Shown: one piece after another, positions 9,988 through 22,651 of the stretch
How positions within the stretch are numbered: the stretch's first letter is position 1
Layout of the letters: each line of letters starts with the position of its first letter
Origin: Arcobacteraceae bacterium
Lineage (GTDB): Bacteria; Campylobacterota; Campylobacteria; Campylobacterales; Arcobacteraceae
NCBI GenBank assembly: GCA_963662945.1
Contig: OY759974.1
Location: 2,048,001 to 2,112,000 of the forward strand
Length of the DNA: 64,000 bases
Direction of reading: 5' to 3'
Notes under the pieces: generated by a model
What the model was told of the DNA's origin: nothing
What the model saw: only the letters and a program-made list of their open reading frames with translations
The model's database searches: none
Translations under genes and position numbers: made by a program

Positions 9988-11484
9988 ATGAAATCATTAA
10001 AATCTGCTTCATTAGATGGAATTGATGCTGTTAGTATTGATGTAGAATCAACATTCACAAAAGGCTTACCAAGTTTTAGCATAGTGGGTATGGCAAATAC
10101 GGCAATTCAAGAATCAAAAGAGCGTATAAAATCATCACTTTTAACCAATGATTTTAAATTTCCACCAAAAAGAATCACGATCAACCTTTCTCCTTCAGAA
10201 TTAGCGAAAAAAGGAAGCCATATAGATTTGCCTATAGCTTTACTTATTGCTTTACAAGATACCAAGATAAATTTAAAAGATTTTTATGTATTTGGTGAAT
10301 TAGGTCTTGATGGTAAACTTAAAGATACAAAATCTATTTTTGTACTTATATTATCACTTGTTCGACAAGGGAAAGTTAAAAATGTGTTAGTACCAAAAGA
10401 ATCTGTAGAAAAAGTCTCTATGATTCCAAATATTAATATTTATAGTGTAGATACTTTAGCAGAAGCAATTTTGTTTTTTCAATTGCAAGATAAAGAAAAT
10501 CATAAAGTTATAAATAAAAGTTTTGAACATAAATCTATTAATATAAACAATAAACTCTATTATTATAATATGGATTATAGTGTAAATTTTCAAGATGTTA
10601 AAGGACAAAAAATAGCTAAAAAAGCAGCTTTGATAAGTGCAGCTGGTGGGCATAATATCATCTTTGAAGGAAGTCCTGGCTGTGGAAAAAGTATGATAGC
10701 AAAAAGATTACAATATATTACAGCACCAATGGATTTAGAAGAGATTCTAGATTGTGCTAAAATGGAATCTTTACAGTTAAAACAGCCTACATTTTTACCA
10801 CAAAGAACTTTTATATCTCCCCATCATAGCTCAACTAAGGCTTCGATTGTAGGTGGAACACAAATAGGAGAAGTTGCATTATCTAACCATGGGATACTTT
10901 TTTTTGATGAATTGCCACATTATGACAAGTCAGTTTTAGAAGCTATGAGAGAACCATTGGAAGATTATGAAATATCAATTTCAAGAGTAAATAGCAAAGT
11001 GAAATATCCTACAAAGTTTCTTTTTGTATCAGCAATGAATCCTTGTCCTTGTGGAAATTTACTATCACAAACAAAATTATGTAGATGTAATGATGTTGAG
11101 ATACAAAGATATAAAAACAAAATTTCAGATCCTTTTTTAGATAGAATTGACTTATATGTAATTATGAATGAGGTGAAAAAAGAGGATACTTCAGATGTAA
11201 CATCAGAACAATTACATGCACAAGTATTAGAAGTATTTACACAACAAAAATTGCGAGGACAAGAAGAATTAAATGGAAAACTTACTGATGAAGATATAAA
11301 AAAATATTGTGTATTAACAAAAGAAGCACAAGATATTTTAGATATCTCAATAGAAAAATTTATGCTTTCATTTCGTTCTATTAATAAAGTTTTGAAAGTA
11401 TCTAGAACAATTGCTGACTTAAATAAAAGTGAATTTATACATAAAGAACATATTATAGAAGCTTTAAGTTATAGAAAAAGATAA
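9988..11484 (+). CDS. comM: YifB/ComM family Mg-chelatase-like AAA+ ATPase
   Basis: ITINLSP, DVKGQ, GSPGCGKS, LFFDELP, AMNPCPCG, DRIDL. Confidence 0.88.
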   Translation: MKSLKSASLDGIDAVSIDVESTFTKGLPSFSIVGMANTAIQESKERIKSSLLTNDFKFPPKRITINLSPSELAKKGSHIDLPIALLIALQDTKINLKDFYVFGELGLDGKLKDTKSIFVLILSLVRQGKVKNVLVPKESVEKVSMIPNINIYSVDTLAEAILFFQLQDKENHKVINKSFEHKSININNKLYYYNMDYSVNFQDVKGQKIAKKAALISAAGGHNIIFEGSPGCGKSMIAKRLQYITAPMDLEEILDCAKMESLQLKQPTFLPQRTFISPHHSSTKASIVGGTQIGEVALSNHGILFFDELPHYDKSVLEAMREPLEDYEISISRVNSKVKYPTKFLFVSAMNPCPCGNLLSQTKLCRCNDVEIQRYKNKISDPFLDRIDLYVIMNEVKKEDTSDVTSEQLHAQVLEVFTQQKLRGQEELNGKLTDEDIKKYCVLTKEAQDILDISIEKFMLSFRSINKVLKVSRTIADLNKSEFIHKEHIIEALSYRKR

Positions 11485-11542
11485 GAGTATATCTGTAAGA
11501 ATAATTTAAATATAATGTAATTAATTTTTATAAATAGGGTGT

Positions 11543-11932
11543 ATGATGAAAATTCTTTTTTTTTATTTTCTTATTGTTAGTTATGTATTAGGTATGCAAA
11601 TAGAAGATGATCCTACTTTTAAGTTAATATATCAACAAAAACAAAATAGCAATAAAATAGTGTTAATGCTTTATAGTGCAAAAACCTGTCCACAGTGTTC
11701 TTATATGAAAGAAAAAGTCTTTAAAGATAAAGAAGTGAAAAAATTTATGGATACACATTTTGTAATTTTAGAAAAAGATATAAATAAAGATGATTTACCT
11801 AATAAATTTGAATATTTTGGAATTCCAACAATGTTTTTTATAGATAGAGAGGGTAAGCAAATAGGAAAAATAGTTGGTTCATCAAGAGCAAAACAATTTT
11901 TAGAACAATTAAAAAAGGTAGTTGATAAATGA
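11543..11932 (+). CDS. Exported thioredoxin-fold protein
   Basis: Signal-like N-terminus, CPQC, cis-Pro motif GIPTMFF. Confidence 0.8.
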   Translation: MMKILFFYFLIVSYVLGMQIEDDPTFKLIYQQKQNSNKIVLMLYSAKTCPQCSYMKEKVFKDKEVKKFMDTHFVILEKDINKDDLPNKFEYFGIPTMFFIDREGKQIGKIVGSSRAKQFLEQLKKVVDK

Positions 11933-12525
11933 AAATAATTGTATTTCTTTTATTATATAGTGTGATTTTATTTGGATATAATCAAAAAGATATAGATAAT
12001 CTTTTTAAAGATGAAGGTTGTAAAGGCTGTGATTTTAGTGGTGCAGATTTAAGTAATCGTGATTTTAGTGGATTTGAAATGGAAGATGCCAATTTAAAAA
12101 ATACTAATTTAAAAAATTCTAACTTTTTTATGGCTAATTTAGAGGGTGCAAATTTTAGCGGTTCAAATTTAGAAAATACAATCTTCTGGAAAGCAAATTT
12201 GAGCTTTAGTACTTTTAATAATGTAGAAGCAATAAGAGTCAATTTAAAAGGTGCTAATTTACAAAATACAACTTTGTATGAGAGTAATTTTAGTTATAGT
12301 GTGTCATGGAAAGCAAATTTTAATGATGCAATTATTGAGAAATCAAATTTTAGTAATAGTGAGTTAGGTGATGCAAAATTTTATCATAATAATTTAACAA
12401 CTAATAATTTAGAAAATGCTATTTTGTGGAAAACAAAATTTAAAGATACAATCTTAACGCAAAAGCAGTGTGAAGAAGCAAAAAAAGAAGAAGCGATATT
12501 TTTAAATAATGTAGAGTGTAAATAA
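11929..12525 (+). CDS. Exported pentapeptide-repeat protein
   Basis: Signal peptide, CKGCDFSGADLS start, A(D/N)(L/F)xx repeats; ATGA overlap with the upstream gene. Confidence 0.85.
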   Translation: MKIIVFLLLYSVILFGYNQKDIDNLFKDEGCKGCDFSGADLSNRDFSGFEMEDANLKNTNLKNSNFFMANLEGANFSGSNLENTIFWKANLSFSTFNNVEAIRVNLKGANLQNTTLYESNFSYSVSWKANFNDAIIEKSNFSNSELGDAKFYHNNLTTNNLENAILWKTKFKDTILTQKQCEEAKKEEAIFLNNVECK

Positions 12526-12533
12526 TTTAAAAA

Positions 12534-13298
12534 CTAATATTGTTTCCAAGCCTTATTAAATGGAATTTTTTTATAGTAGATGTTACTACATAGTTGATTT
12601 AATCCTGTTTTTTTTAATATATAAGATACTTTTTTAGGCCAAGTTTCCCGATAATTAAAAGAGTTTTCTCGCCCACCTATCATTGAAGCAAATTTCAGAT
12701 TTGTTTCAAGTTTAAAAAGAGTATCAATTCCCTCAGTTTCTATCTTTTTTTCAAGCCATTGTTTTGTTTCTTTAAAAGGTTTATATTTATGTTTTACAGT
12801 AAGCCATTTAGTTAAGAAATCATTGACAGATTGTAGTTTTGCTTTTTTAAATGCTTCAGAATTATATTTAAAATATTCTAGATTTGTAGTTGTTCCTGCT
12901 ATTTGTTCTGGTCTATAATCTTTTTTCAGACTTTTAGGTCTTTGTTTCCATATAAGTTCTTTACACGCTCGTTGTTCTTTTGGATCAAAAAGTGGTTTTT
13001 TATTTTTATCATTATTACAGTAAGGTATGTTTAAAGCAGGTAATTGAATATCGTTTTTATTTGCACCAAGAGAGAGTATATTTCCCGTTATTTGTGATAC
13101 ATAACCACTACCATATCCAGATTCTAATCCTGCAATAGCAAGAATAACAGCTGGTGGTGTATGGTGTTTTATAGATAATTGGATTACATCATTAGTAATT
13201 GAAGAATAGAAATTTTCTACATTTTTAAATTCTCTATACTTGAATTTTTGTGCTTGTGATATTGTTAATAATAGAATTAAGATTAGTATATATTTCAT
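12534..13298 (-). CDS. Exported glucosaminidase-domain (GH73/Bax-like) protein
   Basis: Signal peptide; PPAVILAIAGLESGYGSG...GNILSL resembles the GH73 catalytic Glu motif. Confidence 0.6.
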   Translation of the reverse strand: MKYILILILLLTISQAQKFKYREFKNVENFYSSITNDVIQLSIKHHTPPAVILAIAGLESGYGSGYVSQITGNILSLGANKNDIQLPALNIPYCNNDKNKKPLFDPKEQRACKELIWKQRPKSLKKDYRPEQIAGTTTNLEYFKYNSEAFKKAKLQSVNDFLTKWLTVKHKYKPFKETKQWLEKKIETEGIDTLFKLETNLKFASMIGGRENSFNYRETWPKKVSYILKKTGLNQLCSNIYYKKIPFNKAWKQY

Positions 13299-13360
13299 TT
13301 TGATAATTTTTAAAAGTTAATTAGGGGAATTTGAATTTTTAAGAATTGACTATACAGACA

Positions 13361-13458
13361 TTTTGGTGCGAAGACGAAATCATAGATTTCTTTCGCACAA
13401 CAAAATCTCGTTAATCACGAAAAATAACACGCAGGTGTCATTTTTTTACGTGATTAAC
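13361..13458. repeat. Two tandem long imperfect inverted repeats at the fusA 3' end
   Basis: GTGCGAA..GAAATC-ATA-GATTTC..TTCGCAC (13366-13398) and GTTAATCACG...CGTGATTAAC (13410-13458). Confidence 0.65.
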
Positions 13459-15568
13459 CATTTCTCTTTTTCATAATCTCATCAGCAACGTTTTTAGGAA
13501 CTTCCATATATTGATCAAAAATCATAGAATATGTAGCTCTACCTTGAGACATAGATCTTAAGTCTGTAGAATATCCAAACATTTCTGCAAGTGGAACTAA
13601 AGCAACAACAAGTTTAACACCAGCTCTATCATCCATAGATTGAACTAGTCCTCTTCGTTTGTTACAATCTCCAATAACATCTCCCATGTAATCTTCTGGA
13701 GTTTCAACTTCAACTCTCATCATAGGCTCTAGAATACACGCTTGTGCAGCTGCTTGTCTACAACCAGCTTTAAATCCCATAGATGCAGCAAGTTTAAATG
13801 CCATCTCAGAAGAATCCACATCATGGTAAGAACCATCATAACAAGTAACTCTGATGTCAACAAGTGGATAACCAGCAAGTACCCCACCAAGCATTGTTTC
13901 TTTACAACCTTTTTCAACTGCAGGAATATATTCTTTTGGAATTGCTCCACCTTTGATTTCATTAACAAACTCAAAACCTTCTTCGTTTGTTTCTTCTTTA
14001 GTCATTGGCTCAATTTTTAAGAATACGTGACCGTATTGACCTTTACCACCAGATTGTTTTGCATATTTGTACTCTTGGTTTACAGCACCTTTAATAGTTT
14101 CTCTGTATGCAACTTGTGGAGCACCAACTTCTGCTTCAACACCAAATTCTCTTTTCATTCTATCTACAAGGATTTCAAGGTGTAACTCACCCATTCCTGA
14201 AATAATAGTTTGACCAGATTCTTCATCTGTTTCAACTCTAAATGATGGATCCTCTTGTGCAAGTTTTCCTAAAGCATTACCCATTTTTTCTTGGTCAGCT
14301 TTTGTTTTTGGTTCAACAGCAACAGAGATAACTGGTTCTGGGAAATCCATTCTTTCTAAGATTACTGGATCTTTTTCAGAAGCTAAAGTATCTCCTGTGA
14401 TTGTATCTTTAAGACCAACTACTGCACCAATCTCACCAGCATAAAGTTCTTTTACCTCTTCTCTGTTGTTTGCATGCATTTTAAGAAGTCTTCCGATTCT
14501 TTCTTTTTTCATTTTTGTAGAGTTGTAAACGTAAGTACCAGACTCTAAAACACCTCTATAAATTCTTGTAAATGTTAATTGTCCAACAAATGGGTCAGTC
14601 ATAATTTTAAATGCTAACGCTGCAACTTCACCTTTTTCAGTTGAATCTACAACAACTTCTTCACCATCTTGAGTTTCACCTCTAATAGCAGCAACTTCTG
14701 TTGGGGCAGGTAAATACATAGCAACAGCATCAAGTAAAGTTTGAACACCTTTATTTTTAAATGCAGTTCCTGAAGTCATTGGAGTGATTTCCATAGCTAA
14801 ACATCTAGCTTTTAAACCTGCAACAATTTCTTCTTCTGATAAATCACCTTCTTCAAGGTATTTTTCCATTAATTCTTCGCTTGATTCAGCAGCAGCTTCA
14901 ATCATTTTTTCTCTATATTCTGTTGCAAGATCCATTAAATCTTCTGGAATTTCTTCTACATGGTAGTTTGAACCCATTGCAGCATCATCATCCCAAACGA
15001 TAGCTTTCATTTGTACTAAATCAACTACACCTTTGTAGTTTTCTTCTGCACCAATTGGTATTTGAATTGGCACTGGATTAGCTTTTAATCTTTCAGCAAC
15101 TTGTTTTTCAACCATAAAAAAGTCAGCACCAGTTCTATCCATTTTATTAACGAATATCATTCTTGGTACTCTATATTTATTTGCTTGTCTCCAAACTGTT
15201 TCAGATTGTGGTTGAACTCCACCAACTGAACAGAATACAGCAACAGCACCATCAAGAACCCTCATAGATCTCTCAACTTCAATTGTAAAGTCAACGTGAC
15301 CCGGAGTGTCAATAATGTTTATTTGTAGTTGCTCGTTTGTTTTTGGGTGATTCCAGTGACAAGTTGTAGCAGCAGAAGTAATTGTAATACCTCTTTCTTG
15401 CTCTTGCTCCATCCAGTCCATTGTTGCTGCACCTTCATGAACCTCACCAATTTTGTGAGATACACCTGTATAGAATAAAATTCTTTCAGTTGTTGTTGTT
15501 TTACCTGCATCAATATGCGCAGCAATACCAATATTTCTAACTCTGTTAAGTGGTGTTTTTCTTGCCAT
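13454..15568 (-). CDS. fusA: Elongation factor G
   Basis: [35 protein letters not shown]. Confidence 0.99.
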   Translation of the reverse strand: MARKTPLNRVRNIGIAAHIDAGKTTTTERILFYTGVSHKIGEVHEGAATMDWMEQEQERGITITSAATTCHWNHPKTNEQLQINIIDTPGHVDFTIEVERSMRVLDGAVAVFCSVGGVQPQSETVWRQANKYRVPRMIFVNKMDRTGADFFMVEKQVAERLKANPVPIQIPIGAEENYKGVVDLVQMKAIVWDDDAAMGSNYHVEEIPEDLMDLATEYREKMIEAAAESSEELMEKYLEEGDLSEEEIVAGLKARCLAMEITPMTSGTAFKNKGVQTLLDAVAMYLPAPTEVAAIRGETQDGEEVVVDSTEKGEVAALAFKIMTDPFVGQLTFTRIYRGVLESGTYVYNSTKMKKERIGRLLKMHANNREEVKELYAGEIGAVVGLKDTITGDTLASEKDPVILERMDFPEPVISVAVEPKTKADQEKMGNALGKLAQEDPSFRVETDEESGQTIISGMGELHLEILVDRMKREFGVEAEVGAPQVAYRETIKGAVNQEYKYAKQSGGKGQYGHVFLKIEPMTKEETNEEGFEFVNEIKGGAIPKEYIPAVEKGCKETMLGGVLAGYPLVDIRVTCYDGSYHDVDSSEMAFKLAASMGFKAGCRQAAAQACILEPMMRVEVETPEDYMGDVIGDCNKRRGLVQSMDDRAGVKLVVALVPLAEMFGYSTDLRSMSQGRATYSMIFDQYMEVPKNVADEIMKKRNG

Positions 15569-15577
15569 TTTAATTTC

Positions 15578-16048
<471 letters not shown>

Positions 16049-16061
16049 CTAATCCTTTTAC

Positions 16062-16436
16062 TTATTTCTTTGGTCTTTTTGTACCATATTTAGATCTTGC
16101 AACAGTTCTGTTTGCAACACCAGCTGTATCTAAAGCACCTCTAACGATGTGGTATTTAACCCCTGGTAAATCCTTGATTCTACCACCTCTTACTAGAACA
16201 ATTGAGTGCTCTTGTAGGTTATGACCTTCTCCACCGATGTATGAAATTACTTCAAATCCTGTAGTTAATCTAACTTTTGCAACTTTTCTTAAAGCCGAGT
16301 TAGGTTTCTTTGGTGTTGTTGTATATACTCTTGTACATACTCCTCTTCTTTGTGGACATTTGTCAAGTGCTGGAGATTTTGATTTTTCAATCACTTTCTT
16401 TCGCTCTTTTCTAATCAATTGATTGATTGTAGGCAT
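16062..16436 (-). CDS. rpsL: 30S ribosomal protein S12
   Basis: [31 protein letters not shown]. Confidence 0.99.
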   Translation of the reverse strand: MPTINQLIRKERKKVIEKSKSPALDKCPQRRGVCTRVYTTTPKKPNSALRKVAKVRLTTGFEVISYIGGEGHNLQEHSIVLVRGGRIKDLPGVKYHIVRGALDTAGVANRTVARSKYGTKRPKK

Positions 16437-16577
16437 TGTTTTCCTTTATATAATTTGGTTAGAACAACTCTTATTATACCTTATTGTTCAGTCTTCTCTA
16501 TAGTAAAATAGTAACAACTATTTTAGATACTACCTAATCTCGAAAAGGTATTTTTTCGAAAAAAGTTTTGGATTATA
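16437..16577 (-). promoter_or_regulatory. rpsL promoter and structured ~130-nt 5' leader
   Basis: Minus-strand TATAAT at 16572-16577; three hairpins between it and the start codon. Confidence 0.5.
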
Positions 16578-16613
16578 CTGAAATGAAACTTAGAATTTAA
16601 TTAGGATAGATGA

Positions 16614-16640
16614 AAGACTCTATAGAGATTATAGAGTCTT
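16614..16640 (-). terminator. Probable recA terminator
   Basis: AAGACTCTATA-GAGAT-TATAGAGTCTT, 10 nt after the recA stop. Confidence 0.65.
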
Positions 16641-16650
16641 AGTTGTAAAT

Positions 16651-17679
16651 TTAGTCTTGTTCGTCGTTATCTGGAGCAGATTCAAAAGAGTTTACACCCA
16701 TTGCTTCAAGAATTTTTCCTTCAATTTCTGCCGCAATTTCTGGGTTGTCTATTAAAAATTGTTTACTATTTTCTTTCCCTTGACCTATTTTACTATCATT
16801 ATAGCTAAACCAAGCACCAGCTTTGTCTATAATATCCATTTTTACACCATAATCAATAAGTTCACCAGTTTTTGATATACCAGAACCAAACATAATATCA
16901 AACTCTACAACTTTAAATGGAGGTGCAACTTTATTTTTAACAACTTTTACTTTTGTTCTATTTCCAATTACTTCTTCTCCTTGTTTTAAAGAAGCAATTC
17001 TTCTGATGTCAAGTCTTACTGAACTATAGAATTTTAATGCATTCCCGCCAGTTGTTGTTTCAGGACTTCCATAACCAGTCATACCTATTTTCATACGAAT
17101 TTGGTTGATAAAGATAACAGTACAGTTCATTTTATGTAAAATACCTGTAATTTTTCGTAAGGCTTTTGACATTAATCTTGCTTGAACACCAACTTGTTGA
17201 TCATCCATATCACCATCTATTTCAACTTTTGGTGTAAGCGCTGCAACACTATCTACAACAACTAAATTAACTGCACCACTTCTTATAACAGTTTCAAGTA
17301 TCTCTAAAGCTTGTTCACCAAAATCTGGTTGTGATACTAAAAGGTTGTCTGTATCTACACCTAAATTTTTTGCATAAGTAACATCTAGTGCATGCTCTGC
17401 ATCAATAAATGCACATACACCACCTTGTTTTTGACATTCTGCAATTGCGTGAAGTGTTAAAGTTGTTTTACCTGAACTCTCTGGTCCATATATTTCTATT
17501 ACTCTTCCTTTTGGTAGTCCATTAATACCAAGAGCTAAGTCTAACCCTAATGAACCAGTACTAATTGCTTCAATGGGTTCATGCACTTTATCTCCAAGTC
17601 TAATTAAAGTACCTTTCCCAAAAGCTTTATCCATTTGTTTTATAGCTAAATCAAGTGCATTTTTTTGCTGTTCATTCAT
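16651..17679 (-). CDS. recA: Recombinase A
   Basis: [36 protein letters not shown]. Confidence 0.99.
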   Translation of the reverse strand: MNEQQKNALDLAIKQMDKAFGKGTLIRLGDKVHEPIEAISTGSLGLDLALGINGLPKGRVIEIYGPESSGKTTLTLHAIAECQKQGGVCAFIDAEHALDVTYAKNLGVDTDNLLVSQPDFGEQALEILETVIRSGAVNLVVVDSVAALTPKVEIDGDMDDQQVGVQARLMSKALRKITGILHKMNCTVIFINQIRMKIGMTGYGSPETTTGGNALKFYSSVRLDIRRIASLKQGEEVIGNRTKVKVVKNKVAPPFKVVEFDIMFGSGISKTGELIDYGVKMDIIDKAGAWFSYNDSKIGQGKENSKQFLIDNPEIAAEIEGKILEAMGVNSFESAPDNDEQD

Positions 17680-17865
17680 AATTTTTCCTCAAATTAATTT
17701 TTTATATGTGGAAGTATAGCAATTTTTTTTTAATATTGTTAAAAAAATTGCAAATTGCAATATTTTTTATTTTTATATTCTTTCTAATTATTTAGTTGAT
17801 TTGCTATTAAGTAAATATAGGGTATCATAATATGTAAAAAATTATGATTAAAAGGAATATTATAA

Positions 17866-19143
<1,278 letters not shown>

Positions 19144-19157
19144 ATTATAAAATACAG

Positions 19158-19397
19158 ATGATAAATAGTAATAAAAAGTTTATACTTATATCAACTTTTT
19201 TGATTTTATTTACATTTGTATTAGCTTATTACATAGCTAATTTACTTTTTTATGGTAAAAATTCTTATGAAGTTTACTCAAATTTAGAAAATAGAAAACT
19301 AAAATTGCAAGAAGATATAAAAATGCTACAATATGAGAATGCAATGTTACAAAAAAAATATTTTGAACTTAAAAACTTGGAGCCTGAAGAATTATGA
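19158..19397 (+). CDS. FtsB/DivIC-like septum formation initiator
   Basis: TM helix plus coiled coil, directly downstream of eno (conserved position). Confidence 0.65.
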   Translation: MINSNKKFILISTFLILFTFVLAYYIANLLFYGKNSYEVYSNLENRKLKLQEDIKMLQYENAMLQKKYFELKNLEPEEL

Positions 19398-20041
19398 AGA
19401 AATTATTACTATTTGTATTTATAAGTTTATTAGCTATAAATCTAAGCGCTAGAATGAATCCTTTTGAGCCTACAGATACTTTTTATGAACAACAAAAAGA
19501 GTATGAACTAAAACAAAAACAAGAGGAACAAAAGCAATTAGAGTTAGAAAAACAAAGAAAATTGGAATTGTTAGCACAACAAGAGGCTGAAGAAAAAGCT
19601 GAACAATTACGATTACAACAAGAACAAGAAGCTCAATTGGAAAAACAACGAAAATTAGAAGCAGAAAAAGCTGCACAAATTAAAGTTGTTGCAAAAAAAG
19701 AGGAAGTAGTTGTTCCTAAGGATAGTTATAAAATTTTACCTTTTGTAAATATAAAGGTATCAGATGAAGGATTAGAAGTTTTTATTGATAAAAGATATAA
19801 ACTTGTTAATCAAGATATTTTAGAAGATCAAAAAAAATTTCTATTTGATTTTAGAGCAACTGAAAGTTTTTATACGGTAAGAAAAGTTTTAGATAGTAAA
19901 GATTTTAAATCATTTGCTGTTGGAACACATATGGAAAAAAACTTTTTTAGAGTGGTTGTAGAATTAAATGATAGTGTTTCTAAATATAAAGAACATATCA
20001 ATAGTAATACAAGTTATATAAAAATCACAAAAATTAAATAA
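19394..20041 (+). CDS. AMIN-domain exported protein
   Basis: Signal peptide, RMNPF motif, coiled coil, C-terminal KFLFDF...VGTH..FFRVVVEL. Confidence 0.7.
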   Translation: MKKLLLFVFISLLAINLSARMNPFEPTDTFYEQQKEYELKQKQEEQKQLELEKQRKLELLAQQEAEEKAEQLRLQQEQEAQLEKQRKLEAEKAAQIKVVAKKEEVVVPKDSYKILPFVNIKVSDEGLEVFIDKRYKLVNQDILEDQKKFLFDFRATESFYTVRKVLDSKDFKSFAVGTHMEKNFFRVVVELNDSVSKYKEHINSNTSYIKITKIK

Positions 20042-20050
20042 AATACAAAA

Positions 20051-21199
20051 TCATTTAACATTTTGTATTTTAGATATAAGTCTTATTAAAATCATAGAGA
20101 TAATTACCTCAAAAATAGCACTCAAAATAAACGCGTAATAATAGAATTGGCTTATACTTTGATTTTGGAAAGCCAAAGTTGCAACAGCAATTAAAAGTGT
20201 CAAAGGCATTGAGTGTGATAGTGCTAGTAATATTGATGATTTAAATCCAATATCTTTAATAAAAAGCATTGAACTTATTACCCTAATAATAATCATCCCA
20301 AAAGTGATAATTAAAGCTGTATATATAAGATTTTTCATAAACAATGATTCTAGTTGAAATGAAGTACCAACCCAGACAAAAAATATAGGTACAAGCCATC
20401 CAAAACCAAAATGTTCTAATTTATGTGGTAATTGTTTATTGTGTTCAAAAAATGTTTTTATAAATACACCAGCAATAAATGCACCAAGTGCAACTTCCAA
20501 ATGAAGATATAACATAACAGCAATCATAATGAAAAATATTCCCATCGAAACTCTTACATCTTGTTCTTGATTGTCATCTTGTGGCATCAAATAATTTTTA
20601 AGTTCTGGATTCCACCAAATAAGATTATGGAAAAAGTTATAAAAAATAATCATAACACCAAAAACTAAGATAAGTTCTATAAGTGTACTATAAAATTGTC
20701 CACCAAGTCCAAATTCTAAACCAGCACTTACAGCTGTTAAAACAACAATAGAAATAATTTCACCGATTAGTCCTACGGTTATAGCTAGATTTAACCACTC
20801 TTTATCCCCATACTCTTTTTTTAAAACAGCAAGTAAGCCTATTGAAATTAGAGGGAGGGTTACAATAAATATTTTTGATAAGTCAAATCCCCAACTGAAA
20901 ATTGCTGCGAATATATATAATAAAGTAGAGTAAATTAATCCTTTTTTTAACATTGTTGGAGATATTTTTAGTAATTGTTTTAAGTCTACTTCTAAACCAG
21001 CTAAAAACATAAGATATAAAAATCCAAGTTCGGCAACCAATGTAAAAAGATGATTTTTTTCAATAAGTGCGAAGGAAACGGCCACTGAGCCTAAAAATAT
21101 TTCAATAGGAATAGTAGGAATTCTTATAAGTTTTGAAATTAGAGGTGATGAAAAAATTATTGCAGAGAGTGTAATAATGATTGAAACTTCATTTGTCAT
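20051..21199 (-). CDS. Cation:proton antiporter (CPA2 family)
   Basis: About 12 TM helices; ELGFLYLMFLAGLEVD, LGAFIAG, PIFFVWVG. Confidence 0.88.
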   Translation of the reverse strand: MTNEVSIIITLSAIIFSSPLISKLIRIPTIPIEIFLGSVAVSFALIEKNHLFTLVAELGFLYLMFLAGLEVDLKQLLKISPTMLKKGLIYSTLLYIFAAIFSWGFDLSKIFIVTLPLISIGLLAVLKKEYGDKEWLNLAITVGLIGEIISIVVLTAVSAGLEFGLGGQFYSTLIELILVFGVMIIFYNFFHNLIWWNPELKNYLMPQDDNQEQDVRVSMGIFFIMIAVMLYLHLEVALGAFIAGVFIKTFFEHNKQLPHKLEHFGFGWLVPIFFVWVGTSFQLESLFMKNLIYTALIITFGMIIIRVISSMLFIKDIGFKSSILLALSHSMPLTLLIAVATLAFQNQSISQFYYYAFILSAIFEVIISMILIRLISKIQNVK

Positions 21200-21212
21200 T
21201 TGTAATTTTGCC

Positions 21213-22073
21213 TTATTGTGTACAGCTTGAAGCTATTGTGAATCCTAATGATTCTAGAGATTGTAAATCTTGTGAAGCTTGATTTCCATTTGTTGTAAGA
21301 TAATCACCAATGACAATAGAGTTTGCACCATAGTTGAAAATATCATATTGTTTCTCTTTAAACATCAATTCTCTTCCACCAGCAACCATAATTTTATGTG
21401 CATTTGGATTATATTGTTTGGTTAGTTTGATAAGTTCAAAAGCTTCCTCCTGAGTAATACTATTTTTTACAATAGGTAAAGCTGAATTCGGATGAAAAAA
21501 GTTAATTGGAACATTCATAGGTTCAAGAGAAGCTATTGATTCTAACATTGAAATTCTATCTTCTTGAGTTTCACCTAAACCAAAAATACCACCACACACT
21601 AACTTTAGTCCAGCTTCTTTTGCATTTAGACAAGTTTGATATCTCTCATCCCAACTATGAGTTGTTACAATAGTTGGATAAAATTCGCGAGAAGTTTCTA
21701 AGTTATGATTATAGTTATCTACTCCAGCTTTTTTTAATTCTTGCAATTGCTCTAAAGTAGCTGTTCCATTACAAGCAATAATTTTTAAACCTAAATTTTG
21801 GGCTTTTACAGCACGTGCTGCTTCACAAACAAACTCCAATCGCTCTTGTGTTAAACCTTTGCCAGCTGTAACCAGACAAAATCCTATAGCTTTATTTGCT
21901 CTAGCTGTTTTGGCTTCAGCTACAATAGTATCTATATCTTTTTTTTTATATCTTTGTATATCTGCTTTATATTTTACACTTTGTGTACAAAACTTACAAT
22001 CCTCATTGCAAGTACCACTTTCTATGTTTGATATGGCACAAAGGTATATTGTTTTATTATTTTTCATATTCAT
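21213..22073 (-). CDS. bioB: Biotin synthase
   Basis: Radical SAM CNEDCKFC, YNHNLETS, CGGIFGLGE, GDYLTT. Confidence 0.95.
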   Translation of the reverse strand: MNMKNNKTIYLCAISNIESGTCNEDCKFCTQSVKYKADIQRYKKKDIDTIVAEAKTARANKAIGFCLVTAGKGLTQERLEFVCEAARAVKAQNLGLKIIACNGTATLEQLQELKKAGVDNYNHNLETSREFYPTIVTTHSWDERYQTCLNAKEAGLKLVCGGIFGLGETQEDRISMLESIASLEPMNVPINFFHPNSALPIVKNSITQEEAFELIKLTKQYNPNAHKIMVAGGRELMFKEKQYDIFNYGANSIVIGDYLTTNGNQASQDLQSLESLGFTIASSCTQ

Positions 22074-22569
22074 AAATTTTTGTTTCCCAAGTAATTGATT
22101 CAGGTTTTTTGTAATTATACTCTATTATATATTTATCCTCTGTGATTTCTAAAAGTACACATTCTGTAATGTTTTTATTTCTTGCGCAAACTTCTCCAGG
22201 ATTTAAAAATAAAGTGTTGTTCTTATATTGTTGCTCGAAGTTATGTGTATGTCCAAATATTACCACGTCACTATCCGGAGTAAGATAATTTGGAATATGC
22301 ATAAGTTTAAATGTTACATTTTGTATTTTGAAATAATAAGGTTCTTGATTAATATTATAGTCATTTGAGTATGGTATAAGATTATAATCATTATTTCCAA
22401 ATACACTTACATAGGTTAATCCAGAATTTTTAAGTACATCCAAATTTTCTTTGATTTCTAAATCACCTGCGTGAACAAGATATTGTGCCCCTTTTGATTT
22501 GAGCATATCAATAGCTTGAGTAGTAAGTGTAGTTTTTTTATGTGAATCTGATAATAATGCAATCTTCAT
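22057..22569 (-). CDS. YfcE-family metallophosphoesterase
   Basis: SDSH, HAGD, GNND, FGHTH, NPG motifs. Confidence 0.88.
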   Translation of the reverse strand: MKIALLSDSHKKTTLTTQAIDMLKSKGAQYLVHAGDLEIKENLDVLKNSGLTYVSVFGNNDYNLIPYSNDYNINQEPYYFKIQNVTFKLMHIPNYLTPDSDVVIFGHTHNFEQQYKNNTLFLNPGEVCARNKNITECVLLEITEDKYIIEYNYKKPESITWETKIYEYEK

Positions 22570-22651
22570 TGGGGGATTATAGCAGATTTAAATTCAAATG
22601 AAGATATAATTCACACATTAAATTAATACAAATAAAGATAAGAGGTTTTAT

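Noticed and set aside
11929-12525. Pentapeptide-repeat protein as Qnr/MfpA quinolone resistance
   Set aside because: It has a signal peptide, so it is unlikely to reach gyrase; no Qnr-specific features recognised
17719-17751. Inverted repeat in the recA-eno spacer as an SOS/LexA box
   Set aside because: Mostly A/T homopolymer arms, matches no LexA box I know, and is likely by chance in AT-rich DNA
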